Shown here one piece after another: positions 1-9,940 of a stretch of DNA of 32,000 bases (position 1 is the stretch's first letter; each line of letters opens with the position of its first letter). Both the position numbers and the translations under genes were made by a program. Location: contig JAIRVT010000016.1 of NCBI GenBank assembly GCA_031253755.1, forward strand, positions 70,518 through 102,517. Direction: 5' to 3'. The stretch comes from Enterobacteriaceae bacterium (GTDB taxonomy: Bacteria; Pseudomonadota; Gammaproteobacteria; Enterobacterales; Enterobacteriaceae). The notes under the pieces were generated by a model. It saw only the letters and a program-made list of their open reading frames with translations, was not told where the DNA came from and searched no databases.

Positions 1-235
1 GCCGCCGCCATGATGTTATATCGTGGTAAATATCCGGTTCTGTCTCCAGCACCGCCTGACGATATGTACGCAGTATTTCTCTATCGAACTGACTGAATTT
101 GGTATCGTATTGCCTGATAAAACACAGTACTTCTTTTTCGGTTCTATCGATAACAGGATGGTTATCGTACAGCGTATCATCCAGATCGAATGTCATCGCC
201 GCAATCGACGTGAGAGGCCGATAAAAATGCATCAT
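1..235 (-). CDS. yigB: HAD-family phosphatase YigB, N-terminal part; the gene runs off the left edge of the window
   Basis: Not in the ORF track because there is no stop in the window. Reverse-strand translation from the ATG at 235..233 gives [37 protein letters not shown]... This carries HAD motif I (DLDDT) and closely matches the recalled E. coli YigB N-terminus ([24 protein letters not shown]). ATGA start/stop overlap with xerC. Canonical xerC-yigB synteny. Confidence 0.85.
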   Translation of the reverse strand, partial: MMHFYRPLTSIAAMTFDLDDTLYDNHPVIDRTEKEVLCFIRQYDTKFSQFDREILRTYRQAVLETEPDIYHDITSWRR

Positions 236-1146
236 GATTTCCCTCTTTTCGCTCTGGGGTGCGCCACATCGTAGACTTTTGCCAAATGTTGAAAATCCAG
301 ATGGGTATAGATTTGGGTCGTCGATAAATTGGCATGGCCCAATAATTCCTGTACCGCACGCAGATCACCACTGGATTCCAGCATGTGAGTCGCAAACGAA
401 TGGCGTAGTTTATGGGGATGAATGTGGCTGTTGATCCCCTGACGGACACCCCACTGTTCAAATCGTTTCTGTACATTGCGGGCGGAAAGTCGTTTTCCGC
501 TTTGGCTGGAAATGAAAACAGCATTATCTTCCGGTTCAAACAGCTCCCGCATTGCCAGCCAGCGCTGCAACCATTCCACAGCCGTACTTCCGGCCGGGAT
601 TTTACGCTCTTTACTGCCTTTCCCTTGTACCCAAATTTCGCCGCTGGCTAAATCCAGATCCCGGCAATTCAGCCCAACCAGCTCGGATAAACGCAACCCC
701 GCACCATACATGACTTCCATCATGGTTCTGTCACGCACAGACAGCGGATCACTCAAATTGATGTTGAGCAGTTGGTTAACTTCATCAACATCCATATTTT
801 TAGGTAAGTGCTGTTTTTTACGGGGCGTACTGACAACTTTAGCCGGGTTAGCCGCCATCTTTTCCTGTGTCACCAGCCAGTTCAGAAAGCTGCGCAGGGA
901 AGAAAGGCGCAGAGCCAGACTGGCCGGCTGCAAACCGGCCCGGCGGCCACGGGTGGCGAACGTCCTGACTTTCGTTATATCCAGCGCCTGCCATTCTGTT
1001 ATCCCCATTTCCAGCGCGATTTCTGCCAGTACGGTGAGATGGCGGCGATAGTTGGTAATGGTCACCGGGCTTAAGCGACGCTCAACCCGCAAATAATGCA
1101 AAAAAGCGTCTACCGGTTCAAGGAGCGAATCGATTGGCGGGTTCAT
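232..1146 (-). CDS. xerC: Tyrosine site-specific recombinase XerC
   Basis: 304-aa ORF. It aligns end to end with recalled E. coli XerC, for example [70 protein letters not shown] overlap with the yigA stop at 1143-1146. Confidence 0.96.
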   Translation of the reverse strand: MNPPIDSLLEPVDAFLHYLRVERRLSPVTITNYRRHLTVLAEIALEMGITEWQALDITKVRTFATRGRRAGLQPASLALRLSSLRSFLNWLVTQEKMAANPAKVVSTPRKKQHLPKNMDVDEVNQLLNINLSDPLSVRDRTMMEVMYGAGLRLSELVGLNCRDLDLASGEIWVQGKGSKERKIPAGSTAVEWLQRWLAMRELFEPEDNAVFISSQSGKRLSARNVQKRFEQWGVRQGINSHIHPHKLRHSFATHMLESSGDLRAVQELLGHANLSTTQIYTHLDFQHLAKVYDVAHPRAKRGKS

Positions 1147-1862
1147 ATTCGTGCAACCCAGCGAGACAGCAATTCCGGCAGCAGTTTCGCTAATTGATCA
1201 AGCAGATCCGTTCCCATGCCTTCGTAATAATGTCGCTTATTGTGACTGTTGAAAATGACCATGCCCAGATCTCCTTCGGCGCCCAGCAGAGAAACCGCAA
1301 CAGAACCGACATGACGCGCCTGAGGCATCAACAGTAAAATTTCGGGGCCGTGTAACATCCCAAGATAATGGTTATTGTCACCGAATCGTTGGATGCGGAC
1401 AGGTTCAAAAGTATGGCGGGATATCGCTAAATCTGGTGCATTGAAGGGAGCGGAGAGCCGCCAACGGTCGGAAAACAACCGGATATAACAGTTACTCAGG
1501 CCCAGTGTTTTTGCCCATGAACTCAGGCGGGCAAGAAAATCCTGCAAACTCTCGGCAGCAGAAAGCTCCGTCAACAATTGCAACAGGCGGTTAAACAAGA
1601 TTTCATTCTGTTTCGCCTGTTCCACCAGATAGACCAGATCTTCTTCCAGATAACGGATACGCTTTCGCTGGCGGTTCATGTGCCATTCCATCAGGGAGAC
1701 ACACTCACGCACGGGATGGGGAACCTGTATTCGGTCCACGGCATTAGCATTGCGGATAAAAAAATTGGGATTATCCAGCAGATAATCCACCACGCTTTGA
1801 TCATCCAACGTGCCTTTGATATGCAATGGTTCGTTTTCTGTATCCATTTTCCAATGCCCCAT
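1143..1862 (-). CDS. yigA: DUF484-family protein YigA
   Basis: 239-aa ORF between dapF and xerC, as in E. coli. Recalled YigA motifs are present (VVDYL..NP.FFIRNA.AV..I.VPHPVR..VSL.EWHM, FEP.RIQR). Met6 is an alternative start. Confidence 0.88.
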   Translation of the reverse strand: MGHWKMDTENEPLHIKGTLDDQSVVDYLLDNPNFFIRNANAVDRIQVPHPVRECVSLMEWHMNRQRKRIRYLEEDLVYLVEQAKQNEILFNRLLQLLTELSAAESLQDFLARLSSWAKTLGLSNCYIRLFSDRWRLSAPFNAPDLAISRHTFEPVRIQRFGDNNHYLGMLHGPEILLLMPQARHVGSVAVSLLGAEGDLGMVIFNSHNKRHYYEGMGTDLLDQLAKLLPELLSRWVARI

Positions 1863-1873
1863 ATTTCAGCAAA

Positions 1874-2698
1874 TTACAAGTGAATCGTGCCATCATAAAC
1901 GTGAGTGGCAGGCCCGGTCATATACAAGGATTGCCCCGGACCTTCCCAGGAAATTTGCAACGTACCGCCGGGAAGATCAACGCGAACCTGTTTATCCAAC
2001 AAGCCCTGCTGGATACCAATCGCAACAGCAGCACAAGCGCCACTGCCACACGCCTGCGTTTCTCCGACACCACGCTCAAACACACGCAACCGGATATGGT
2101 TACGCTGGACAATCTGCATAAACCCGATATTGGCTTTTTCAGGAAAACGCTCGTGTTGTTCCAGTATCGGCCCCAACACCTCAACATCGGCTGTATCCAC
2201 GTCCTCGACCTGTATCACACAGTGCGGATTTCCCATTGAAACGACACCACACAGCACCGTGCGCTCCATGACGCGGATAATATACGTTTTCTCGGCTTTG
2301 TTAGCACGAAAAGGGACCGCCTGAGGCTCAAAAACCGGTTCCGCCATATTGACGCAAATCTGATCATCCTGCGCAATACCCAGCGTCATATAACCGGCCC
2401 GTGTACTGACTTTAATGTTACGTTTATTCGTCAATCCTTTCAGGCGAACAAAACGGGCGAAGCAACGGGCGCCGTTACCGCATTGGGATACTTCGCTGCC
2501 ATCGGCATTAAAGATGCGATAGTGAAAGTCCAGATCAGGATCATAGGGTGCTTCAACAATCAGCAGTTGATCAAAACCCACGCCAGTATTCCTATTCGCT
2601 AATCGACGGATTAATTCCGGCGAAAAATAGACATTCTGGGTTACGGCATCAACAACCATGAAATCATTGCCAAGACCATGCATTTTGGAGAATTGCAT
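1874..2698 (-). CDS. dapF: Diaminopimelate epimerase DapF
   Basis: The ORF-track ORF is 1874..2710. The homology-supported start is the ATG at 2698 ([23 protein letters not shown]...), preceded by GGAG 7 nt upstream. Near-identical to recalled E. coli DapF, including both catalytic Cys contexts ([18 protein letters not shown]). Confidence 0.97.
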   Translation of the reverse strand: MQFSKMHGLGNDFMVVDAVTQNVYFSPELIRRLANRNTGVGFDQLLIVEAPYDPDLDFHYRIFNADGSEVSQCGNGARCFARFVRLKGLTNKRNIKVSTRAGYMTLGIAQDDQICVNMAEPVFEPQAVPFRANKAEKTYIIRVMERTVLCGVVSMGNPHCVIQVEDVDTADVEVLGPILEQHERFPEKANIGFMQIVQRNHIRLRVFERGVGETQACGSGACAAVAIGIQQGLLDKQVRVDLPGGTLQISWEGPGQSLYMTGPATHVYDGTIHL

Positions 2699-2734
2699 AT
2701 ACGACTCCAAGAGAAATCCATCACTCGCTCACGC

Positions 2735-2947
2735 TTATTGAGCACCCGCTGAAGTCTCGTTTTGAGAGCCATTGTCTTGAGAAATCTCGCCCTGAGAAAC
2801 CGCATTCGCTGGCTGTGCCTGATTGACTGAATTTTGTGGCTCAATCGGTTTTTCCGGCGGAAAATAAAGAGGGCCTTTCAGGCCACAACCGGCAATGGAG
2901 AGTAATGTTACGATAGCAAGCGACCAACGAAATTGTTTGTTCATCAT
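2735..2947 (-). CDS. yifL: Small outer-membrane lipoprotein YifL (LptM)
   Basis: The product MMNKQFRWSLAIVTLLSIAGCGLKGPLYFPP... has a signal peptide plus lipobox (IAGC) and the conserved CGLKGPLYFPP motif of E. coli YifL. It lies immediately upstream of dapF. The ORF-track start at 2974 is a TTG extension, which I consider unlikely. Confidence 0.8.
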   Translation of the reverse strand: MMNKQFRWSLAIVTLLSIAGCGLKGPLYFPPEKPIEPQNSVNQAQPANAVSQGEISQDNGSQNETSAGAQ

Positions 2948-3023
2948 AATTAATGCCTGTGATTCATACGCCAATACTCTCTATAATCGCAGTTAGGCTC
3001 TGAAAAGCAAATAGGAAATAAAT

Positions 3024-3341
3024 ATGAACGATAGCGAATTTCATCAATTAGCCGATCAATTGATGCTACAACTTGAAGCAAAACTGGATAATTATGAAGG
3101 TGATGCAGATATTGATTGTGAAACCAATGGCGGCGTGATGACGCTGAGTTTTGAGAATGGCAGCAAGATCATTATTAATCGTCAGGAGCCTTTTCACCAA
3201 ATCTGGCTGGCGACTAAGGGTGGCGGTTATCACTTCGATTATCGGGATAATCAGTGGATTTGTGACCGCAGCGGTAACGATTTTCTTGCTATGCTGGAAC
3301 AGGCCATCAGTGAGCAAAGTGGCGAATCATTCCGGTTTTAA
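3024..3341 (+). CDS. cyaY: Frataxin homolog CyaY (iron-sulfur cluster assembly regulator)
   Basis: 105-aa ORF starting MNDSEFH.LADQL..., with ...[26 protein letters not shown]......W.CDRSG matching recalled E. coli CyaY. AGGA lies 8 nt upstream of the ATG. Confidence 0.96.
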   Translation: MNDSEFHQLADQLMLQLEAKLDNYEGDADIDCETNGGVMTLSFENGSKIIINRQEPFHQIWLATKGGGYHFDYRDNQWICDRSGNDFLAMLEQAISEQSGESFRF

Positions 3342-3371
3342 TTTCTCCTGATCCATCAGTTTATCTGCTTT

Positions 3372-3397
3372 GTGCCGTATTTTAATACGGCACTTTT
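3372..3397 (+). terminator. Intrinsic terminator after cyaY, in the convergent cyaY/cyaA gap
   Basis: A perfect 10-bp inverted repeat, gtgccgtatt (3372-3381) / aatacggcac (3384-3393), is followed by tttt on the plus strand. It lies 31 nt after the cyaY stop. Confidence 0.6.
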
Positions 3398-3448
3398 GTC
3401 TATTTCGGCGGCTAAATGAGCGGGAGTCGTATATTAATAGTGATGCAA

Positions 3449-6169
3449 TTAATAGTGATACAGAGAATGAACCGGATCATTGACTCGATAGGCTTCATCC
3501 AGCTCCCGCTCAGTAATCCGCCTTGTCTCAAAATCGACGATATTCTCCTCTGAAGGTCGGCTCCCCGTAAATGGCACAACCTGAATTTTCTCGCCTTTTT
3601 TCACCAGTTGATAGAACTGTGGCAGATTAAAATTGATGGTATTAGAGCCATACGTAAAACGGTCATGGGATGAGGAATAAAAGCGGCTGACATCACGTAC
3701 CAATTCCCCTTTACTCCCTTCGCAATGAAAATAAATTTCTACGTTGTTCGATTCATCAAGAATATAAATGTTAAAGCCCTGACCTTTTTCGATATTTTCA
3801 AAGCCGTCGATCTTTTCAAAACGTTCGCTCTTTTCAAAACGTTCGGTGTTGTCAAAACATTCGATATCTTCAAAGAAAAACTGAACAATGCCTTCGCAGG
3901 CAAACCCGTCGATGACCGAAGGCAAGTGTTTTTCTTTGGCGTTAATTTTTACCGGCAAGCCATATAATTTGGTATTGGAAATCGCGCCATAAAATTCCAC
4001 TGCATTTTCCAGTTTTTGTACCGACACATTGAGCCGTTCAAAAAACAACCCCCATGTCTGCCCTGAAATGCGCAGTGCTTTAAAGCGATTAGGATCCTGA
4101 CGATTGCTGGAAAGGCGCAAATCGATACATTCCGAAACCAGCTGCTGGATTCGGGTACAAATCAACCCGCGCCAGGACTTACTGTAGCAAAAGACTTCAA
4201 CACTGACCGGCGGTGCGGCATCCCGGTGCATTTTCCCCAGTATCGTTTTCAGGGCCTCCAGCATGGATTGCTCACCGCTGAAATGCAGCGTTCGCACTTC
4301 ATTCCATGAGTTTCGGTACAGCAGATCGATACTGTTCACCAGACACTGCTGTGATTCACCAAAACTGAAAACATCCAATTTTCGGAAATCAAACGGCCCG
4401 AACTTATCGGAGATATTTGCAGTTGGATCGGTTTCCAGATTCACAATAATCGCCAGATGGCGGATTTCACAAGGACTGTAGAGTGCTTTAGGTGTCGGAG
4501 CGGGTAAACGAATCGGAAAACGTGCGGAAATATCACTGATCAAATCGAGCAGTTTCTGGCTGTCACACTGGGATGCGCCCTGACGAATATGTACACGGGT
4601 TTTATCTGTCAGCAGCCCGTTGAAATACGTCCATGCCACCAGCTTATTTAAATAACGGTTATATTCCAGTGGCTGATGCCCGACGATAGATTCTATCGTG
4701 GGTGCGCGATTATAAAGATACCAGCCACTTCGATTCGCACGTCCCGGTGGGACATAAATAAAGGTCAGATCCGGCTCGGACAGATCCGGGGAAATTTGTG
4801 GGTTTACCAGCGTGATTTTACCGGGCAGGGCCTCGAACGCAGCATACAACTTACGGGTTAATACGCCGATATCCTGTGGGCTGGCGCTCACACTTAAATT
4901 ATTACGCCGGGCGAACCGGATAAGATTACGGTAACTCTGCATCAGCGTATCCAGCAATTCATTATGCGCATCGCGCACCTGCTCAATTTTCCATGAATTC
5001 CGGTTATTCAGCATGGCCAGTTTATCGGCACCCCAACCCCATTCATTCACCAATTGCGCGATAATCTGATGCCGCCAGCCAACGCAATTTTTGCTGCCGG
5101 TGCCGTTTTTATCAGCATCGTTTTGATCAGCATCACTTTCGCTATCCGCGATTGCCGGAATTTCTTCACGCACTTTCAGGTAAAAACAACGCCGGACCAA
5201 ATCCAGACGGGTCGGATCATTGATAGCAATCAGGTAACGGGTCACACGCTCAAGCATCATGCTGTAAGCATCAAGACCAAACGAGACAATAGCGCCGTCA
5301 TGGAGATGTTGTTTCATTTCTATCGACAGTAACCTGCCATTGGGGTACTCCCACGAATAGGCTTCCAGCAACAGGCTTTTCAATACCGCCTTATAAGGAG
5401 AATCCACACTTTTATAAAGCTGCCACAGACTGGCGCCAAAATATTCCTCTGCTGACAGCTCGCCCAAGCCGCCCAAATCCAGCCATTCATTTGGCGTCAG
5501 AACACCCTGAGCATATAAAGAGAGGACGTATTCGTCGTAATTGCCTTCTTCTTCTACCGGAACCATCGCCCACAATAAACTTTTGCCCGCCATGCGCACT
5601 GCGGTACGATAAAATTCATCCAGCAACAGGATATGCTGAGTTGAACCACAGTCTTCGCCTCCCAGACTGCCGCTGGCATTATGGCGAAACCGGTTCTCAT
5701 CAATCAGAAAAAATGTCACTTCAATACCCAGCGAAGCGGCCCAGTGTCCGATTAAAATGCATTTTTGCTCTAATAAGGCTTTTTCGCCGTTATCCAGCCA
5801 GGATTGATGACAAACCCAGATATCCAAATCAGAAGAGCAACTCTGCCCTATGGTCGATGTGCTGCCCATGGAGTAAATACCGGTAATCGGCAGTTCACCG
5901 CCACAAGTGGATGGCAGGGCACCCGCTGATTGATGCTCCAGATCATTAATCCAAAATTGTTGGGTTTCGTCGGGTAGAAAAAAACAGACGCCATGAGGAA
6001 CGTTGTCTTTGATATAACCCGGCATCATTGAGTGATGGTAGTGTAATAATACTGGAATTAAATTATAAACCTGCTTAAAAGCGGCACTCATCGAGTCAGT
6101 CGCACGCTCTAACCTAAGCTGATTAATTGCATCCAGTCGCTGCTTCAGCGTTTCAATATAAAGATACAA
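3449..6169 (-). CDS. cyaA: Class I adenylate cyclase CyaA, 906 aa, with a TTG start
   Basis: The N-terminus [19 protein letters not shown] matches recalled E. coli CyaA exactly, and identity continues throughout. The start codon at 6169..6167 is TTG, as in E. coli cyaA. The protein is longer than the roughly 848 aa recalled for E. coli because of two internal repeat-containing insertions and a diverged C-terminal tail. Confidence 0.97.
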   Translation of the reverse strand: MYLYIETLKQRLDAINQLRLERATDSMSAAFKQVYNLIPVLLHYHHSMMPGYIKDNVPHGVCFFLPDETQQFWINDLEHQSAGALPSTCGGELPITGIYSMGSTSTIGQSCSSDLDIWVCHQSWLDNGEKALLEQKCILIGHWAASLGIEVTFFLIDENRFRHNASGSLGGEDCGSTQHILLLDEFYRTAVRMAGKSLLWAMVPVEEEGNYDEYVLSLYAQGVLTPNEWLDLGGLGELSAEEYFGASLWQLYKSVDSPYKAVLKSLLLEAYSWEYPNGRLLSIEMKQHLHDGAIVSFGLDAYSMMLERVTRYLIAINDPTRLDLVRRCFYLKVREEIPAIADSESDADQNDADKNGTGSKNCVGWRHQIIAQLVNEWGWGADKLAMLNNRNSWKIEQVRDAHNELLDTLMQSYRNLIRFARRNNLSVSASPQDIGVLTRKLYAAFEALPGKITLVNPQISPDLSEPDLTFIYVPPGRANRSGWYLYNRAPTIESIVGHQPLEYNRYLNKLVAWTYFNGLLTDKTRVHIRQGASQCDSQKLLDLISDISARFPIRLPAPTPKALYSPCEIRHLAIIVNLETDPTANISDKFGPFDFRKLDVFSFGESQQCLVNSIDLLYRNSWNEVRTLHFSGEQSMLEALKTILGKMHRDAAPPVSVEVFCYSKSWRGLICTRIQQLVSECIDLRLSSNRQDPNRFKALRISGQTWGLFFERLNVSVQKLENAVEFYGAISNTKLYGLPVKINAKEKHLPSVIDGFACEGIVQFFFEDIECFDNTERFEKSERFEKIDGFENIEKGQGFNIYILDESNNVEIYFHCEGSKGELVRDVSRFYSSSHDRFTYGSNTINFNLPQFYQLVKKGEKIQVVPFTGSRPSEENIVDFETRRITERELDEAYRVNDPVHSLYHY
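3791..3880 (-). repeat. Five in-frame 18-bp tandem units inside cyaA, forming a hexapeptide repeat
   Basis: Plus-strand units are gatattttcaaagccgtc / gatcttttcaaaacgttc / gctcttttcaaaacgttc / ggtgttgtcaaaacattc / gatatcttcaaagaaaaa. They are codon-aligned and encode [30 protein letters not shown]. Confidence 0.9.
5105..5134 (-). repeat. In-frame 15-bp tandem duplication inside cyaA
   Basis: gtttttatcagcatc (5105-5119) and gttttgatcagcatc (5120-5134) encode [10 protein letters not shown]. They lie within an acidic insertion that is absent from recalled E. coli CyaA. Confidence 0.85.
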
Positions 6170-6235
6170 GAGTCTCGCCTGCTTCAGTTCCAGTGCTTAC
6201 AATCGCCAGTTTCCGCTAACGCCCAGTTTTGCCTA

Positions 6236-6326
6236 CTTTAGATTTTTTCGGACTTTAGATTTTTTCGGACTTTAGATTCTTTCGGCCGTTAGATTCTTTC
6301 GACCTTTAGATTCTTTCGGCCTTTAG
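6236..6326. repeat. Noncoding 17-bp tandem repeat array, 5 full copies plus a partial one, upstream of cyaA
   Basis: Read directly: ctttagattttttcgga x2 (6236-6252, 6253-6269), ctttagattctttcggc (6270-6286), cgttagattctttcgac (6287-6303), ctttagattctttcggc (6304-6320), then ctttag (6321-6326). The array starts 67 bp upstream of the cyaA TTG. Confidence 0.92.
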
Positions 6327-6934
6327 TTTCCGTCAGCATGTATCTGCTGGCATAGGTAATTCCAGAATTATTTTTAGAATTTTTTACAAACTTATTGCCG
6401 GAAACGTGATCAATTTAACACCTTGAGACCTAAGCGTAAAGCCCATATACCATCTTCTCTCTTTGTCTACAAGTTTCTTTATTCAATTAACCGTTTGTAA
6501 AATAGTAAATTAATCACAAAATTAAGACTAAAATATGTTTTTTTTGAAACAAATATGATTGTTGATGATGTTTTCCCGTCGTGTTGTAACGTATTGTAAA
6601 TTCCGAGTTTTGTATAATTGTTTCAATAATATTAATTTTAATTGATAAATTTCTTTCTAAAAAAGAATAACCTTGAATGCTTATTTGATTTTGATTTAGT
6701 CTTTTTGTTTATTTTCGCTATTTAATTAAATTTTTATTTTTATATTTAAAATTATTTTTACCTTTTTTGACTGTATATTTATATACTGGTCCGAACTTTT
6801 TTATCTTGTGCTTAACTGGAAAAAAATTGATTGAAGTGTTAAAACAAGGCTATTTTTACTGTTTCATTTTGCACTCTCTGGTGGTGTAAACGCCATCGGT
6901 CGCCATTAATTAACCCATATATCTATAATTATTC

Positions 6935-7912
6935 ATGACAATGAAAACCATTCGCATCGCTACTCGCCAAAGCCCTTTGGCAATGTGGCAAGCCCGATAT
7001 GTTCAGAAACAACTGGAACATTTTCATCCTGACTTAAACGTCGAATTAGTCCCCATGGTCACCCGTGGCGATATCATCCTTGATACTCCTCTCGCCAAAG
7101 TCGGGGGCAAAGGGCTGTTTGTCAAAGAGCTGGAACTGGCCATGCTTGAAAACCGGGCTGATATTGCCGTCCATTCCATGAAAGATGTTCCCGTCGAATT
7201 TCCTGATGGCTTGGGATTGGTCACAATCTGTGAAAGAGATGATCCACGGGATGCTTTTGTTTCAGTAGAATACAGCTCGCTTGATGAACTCCCTGTTGGC
7301 AGTATCGTCGGAACATCCAGTTTACGCCGCCAGTGCCAGCTCCGCCAGCTCCGCCCTGATTTGGTTATCCGTGACCTGCGGGGCAATGTCGGCACCCGAT
7401 TGAGCAAGCTCGACAATGGCGACTATGATGCCATTATTCTTGCCAGTGCAGGGCTGAAGAGACTGGGGCTGGAAGATAGGATCCGTATGCCATTGGCGCC
7501 TGAATTGCTGCTTCCGGCTGTCGGGCAAGGCGCTGTCGGTATTGAGTGCCGGCTGGATGATACACAAACCCGTGAGCTACTGGCATCACTGAATCATCAG
7601 CGAACAGAGATTTGTGTCCTTGCCGAACGTGCCATGAACACCCGCCTTGAAGGTGGCTGTCAGGTGCCTATCGGCAGTTATGCTATCTGGCAGGGCAATG
7701 ATATCTGGCTGCGGGCGCTGGTTGGCGCGCCGGATGGCAGTACGATTATTTATGGAGAAAGAACGATTCGTAGTGAAAGAACGATTCACGGAGAGCAAAT
7801 GGTATCCCCTGAAGAAGCGCGGCAAGCCGGCATTTCATTAGCAGAAGAATTATTAGGCAAAGGTGCCCGCCAGATCCTGACTGACGTCTACCAGAGAGAT
7901 TTGCCTGCATGA
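6935..7912 (+). CDS. hemC: Porphobilinogen deaminase (hydroxymethylbilane synthase) HemC
   Basis: 325-aa [46 protein letters not shown] and [16 protein letters not shown] match recalled E. coli HemC. The ATG at 6941 is an alternative start. ATGA overlap with hemD. Confidence 0.97.
   Translation: MTMKTIRIATRQSPLAMWQARYVQKQLEHFHPDLNVELVPMVTRGDIILDTPLAKVGGKGLFVKELELAMLENRADIAVHSMKDVPVEFPDGLGLVTICERDDPRDAFVSVEYSSLDELPVGSIVGTSSLRRQCQLRQLRPDLVIRDLRGNVGTRLSKLDNGDYDAIILASAGLKRLGLEDRIRMPLAPELLLPAVGQGAVGIECRLDDTQTRELLASLNHQRTEICVLAERAMNTRLEGGCQVPIGSYAIWQGNDIWLRALVGAPDGSTIIYGERTIRSERTIHGEQMVSPEEARQAGISLAEELLGKGARQILTDVYQRDLPA
7757..7792 (+). repeat. In-frame 18-bp tandem duplication inside hemC
   Basis: gaaagaacgattcgtagt (7757-7774) and gaaagaacgattcacgga (7775-7792) are codon-aligned and encode [12 protein letters not shown]. 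Confidence 0.85.
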
Positions 7913-8694
7913 CTATTTTAATCACCCGCCCGGCACCTGCCGGAGAAGAATTGGTCAATCGGTTAAGCGCCATTGGTCAGGTCGCCTTTAGCGCACCGCT
8001 GATTGCGATTTATCCGGGCACCGATTTGCCGCTGCTGTCACAAAAACTGCAACGGCTGTCAGCGGGTGATGCCGTGTTTCTGCTATCCAAAAACGCTGTT
8101 CATTATGCCAATGAACAGCTGGTACAAGAGGGTCTGACGTGGCCTGACAACCTATCCTATTACGGTATCGGTAAATCAACGTCCTTGCTGTTTCAACAAC
8201 AGACGGGAAAAAATATTCTCTGGCCGGAACAGGGAGAAACAAGCGAAGAACTACTGCAACTTCCCTCCTTACAAAAGATGGCGCATAAAAAGATTTTATT
8301 ACTCCGGGGCAATGGAGGCCGTGAAATGATTGCGGCAAGTTTGACCGCCAGAGGAGGAAAAATCGCTTACTGTGAATGTTATTCACGCCAGCCTGTTAAA
8401 TATCATTCATCAGAGTTCACCCGTCACTGGCAACAGTGTGGTATAAAAACCCTCGTTGTTACCAGTGGCGAAATGCTGCAACTATTATATAACTTAGTCA
8501 CTGGAAGCGATCGCCCTGAAAACAGGGCCACAGAAGATGATAACAACGGTATTGATAACAAAACGTGGTTATTGGGTTGTCGGTTGATTGTTGTCAGCGA
8601 ACGCCTTGCCAATATCGCCCGGAAACTGGGCTGGGAAGACATAAAAGTCGCCAAGAGTGCAGATAATGACGCCTTAATGCAGGCGCTGGAATAA
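7909..8694 (+). CDS. hemD: Uroporphyrinogen-III synthase HemD
   Basis: 261-aa ORF. The N-terminus is M.IL.TRP.PAGEELV.RL, and [10 protein letters not shown]...[13 protein letters not shown] and CRL.VVSERLA..AR.LGW.DIKVA..ADNDAL match recalled E. coli HemD. It is second in the hemCDXY order. Confidence 0.93.
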   Translation: MTILITRPAPAGEELVNRLSAIGQVAFSAPLIAIYPGTDLPLLSQKLQRLSAGDAVFLLSKNAVHYANEQLVQEGLTWPDNLSYYGIGKSTSLLFQQQTGKNILWPEQGETSEELLQLPSLQKMAHKKILLLRGNGGREMIAASLTARGGKIAYCECYSRQPVKYHSSEFTRHWQQCGIKTLVVTSGEMLQLLYNLVTGSDRPENRATEDDNNGIDNKTWLLGCRLIVVSERLANIARKLGWEDIKVAKSADNDALMQALE

Positions 8695-8705
8695 ACTAAG
8701 ATGGG

Positions 8706-9938
8706 ATGTCCACTATGACGGAGCAAAAGAAATCCACTGATGCGGTTGAGACAAAAGCCCTTCGAGAGCCTGAAAAGGTTCCTCATCAATCCAGCCGTTA
8801 TGGATGGGTCGGAAATACACTCTCAATTGCCATTGCGCTGGCAATCGGTCTGGGAGGGCTTTACTTTTATCATCACAATAAACAGCAGAGTGCGGCATTA
8901 AAAGCCGCTAATCTCGAACTGCAAAAGCAAATTGTTGCCCTCGCACAACAACAATCTGCCGATAAACAACAGGCTGATAGCGAAATCGGTACGCTGCAAT
9001 CTGCGTTAAAACAAGCGAATGCGGATAACCAGCAACAAAGCCAGCAAATAGATAATCACATGGCAGAGCTTCAGGATCGGATGGCCGCCATTTCAAATTC
9101 TGATATCGAAAGCTGGCGGCTGGCGCAGGCCAATTTTCTCGTCAAAATGGCAAGCCGTAAGGTGTGGAGCGATCAGGATCTTTCTACCGCCATCGCCTTG
9201 CTGAAAGACGCTGATCTCAGCCTTGCCGAAATGAATGACGCAAGTCTTGTGCCTGCCCGCTCCGCCATTAAGACCGATATCGACACCTTGTCCAAAATTA
9301 ATCATGTGGATTTAGATGGCATCATTCTGACGCTCAATCATTTATCCGGTCAGGTAGATAACTTACCGCTGTCTGATAATGTGGAACAGGACGACCCGAT
9401 GGATGAAGATGAGGATGACACTGGGTTAAGCGCCTCACTTTCTGACTGGCGCCAAAATCTGAGTAAAAGCTGGCATAGTTTTATGGATAATTTCATTACC
9501 ATCAAATCACGGGATGGTTCCAGCGAGCCGTTGTTAGCGCCAAAACAGGAAATTTATCTGCGGGAGAATATCCGCGCCAAACTGCTGATAGCCGCTCAGG
9601 CGGTGCCTCGTCGGCAGGTTGATACTTACAAAGAGTCGCTAAAATCCGTTTCAACCTGGATCAGAGCGTATTTTGATACATCGGCCGCCGATACCAAGAC
9701 TTTCCTTGATACCGTCGATGATCTGGAAAAACAGCCGCTTTCCATTGACCTGCCGGAACAACTCAGCAGCCAGTCCATACTGTCCGATTTAGTCCGCAAG
9801 CGTGTTTATGGCCTGCAACCTCAATCGCCGACGGAAGCCCAGCCTCAACCGGAAACGCGATCTTCACCGGGAATACCTGCTCAGCCGAAAACTGAGGAAA
9901 GCGGTCATCAGGCAGAAACATCCGTTCAGGAGGGCTGA
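8706..9938 (+). CDS. hemX: HemX (putative uroporphyrinogen-III C-methyltransferase-like membrane protein)
   Basis: 410-aa ORF. Comparison with E. coli (MTEQEK...) suggests the ATG at 8715 (MTEQKK) may be the true start. Conserved blocks are W.LAQA.FLVK.A.RK.WSDQD and [11 protein letters not shown]......[22 protein letters not shown]. Confidence 0.9.
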   Translation: MSTMTEQKKSTDAVETKALREPEKVPHQSSRYGWVGNTLSIAIALAIGLGGLYFYHHNKQQSAALKAANLELQKQIVALAQQQSADKQQADSEIGTLQSALKQANADNQQQSQQIDNHMAELQDRMAAISNSDIESWRLAQANFLVKMASRKVWSDQDLSTAIALLKDADLSLAEMNDASLVPARSAIKTDIDTLSKINHVDLDGIILTLNHLSGQVDNLPLSDNVEQDDPMDEDEDDTGLSASLSDWRQNLSKSWHSFMDNFITIKSRDGSSEPLLAPKQEIYLRENIRAKLLIAAQAVPRRQVDTYKESLKSVSTWIRAYFDTSAADTKTFLDTVDDLEKQPLSIDLPEQLSSQSILSDLVRKRVYGLQPQSPTEAQPQPETRSSPGIPAQPKTEESGHQAETSVQEG

Positions 9939-9940
9939 AT

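Noticed and set aside
476-1051. 191-aa plus-strand ORF antisense to xerC. Similar long antisense ORFs occur at 18513-19007, 19176-19664, 27984-28379, 7024-7416 and 5491-5886.
   Set aside because: These are shadow ORFs lying fully inside strongly conserved genes on the opposite strand. Their products are low-complexity and Arg/Ser/Pro-rich. They have no SD and no recognisable family.
6236-6326. Could the 17-bp repeat array be a CRISPR array?
   Set aside because: The units are directly abutting with no spacers, are only 17 bp long, and have no cas genes nearby. This is a plain tandem repeat.
6535-6600. 21-codon plus-strand ORF (MFFFETNMIVDDVFPSCCNVL) in the cyaA-hemC spacer.
   Set aside because: There is no SD, the context is AT-rich and low-complexity, and I have no conservation information. 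It is not supportable as a gene.
9186-9193. ops-like GGCGGTAG on the minus strand (ctaccgcc on the plus strand).
   Set aside because: It lies inside the hemX coding sequence on the antisense strand and far from any RfaH-type operon leader, so it is a chance occurrence.
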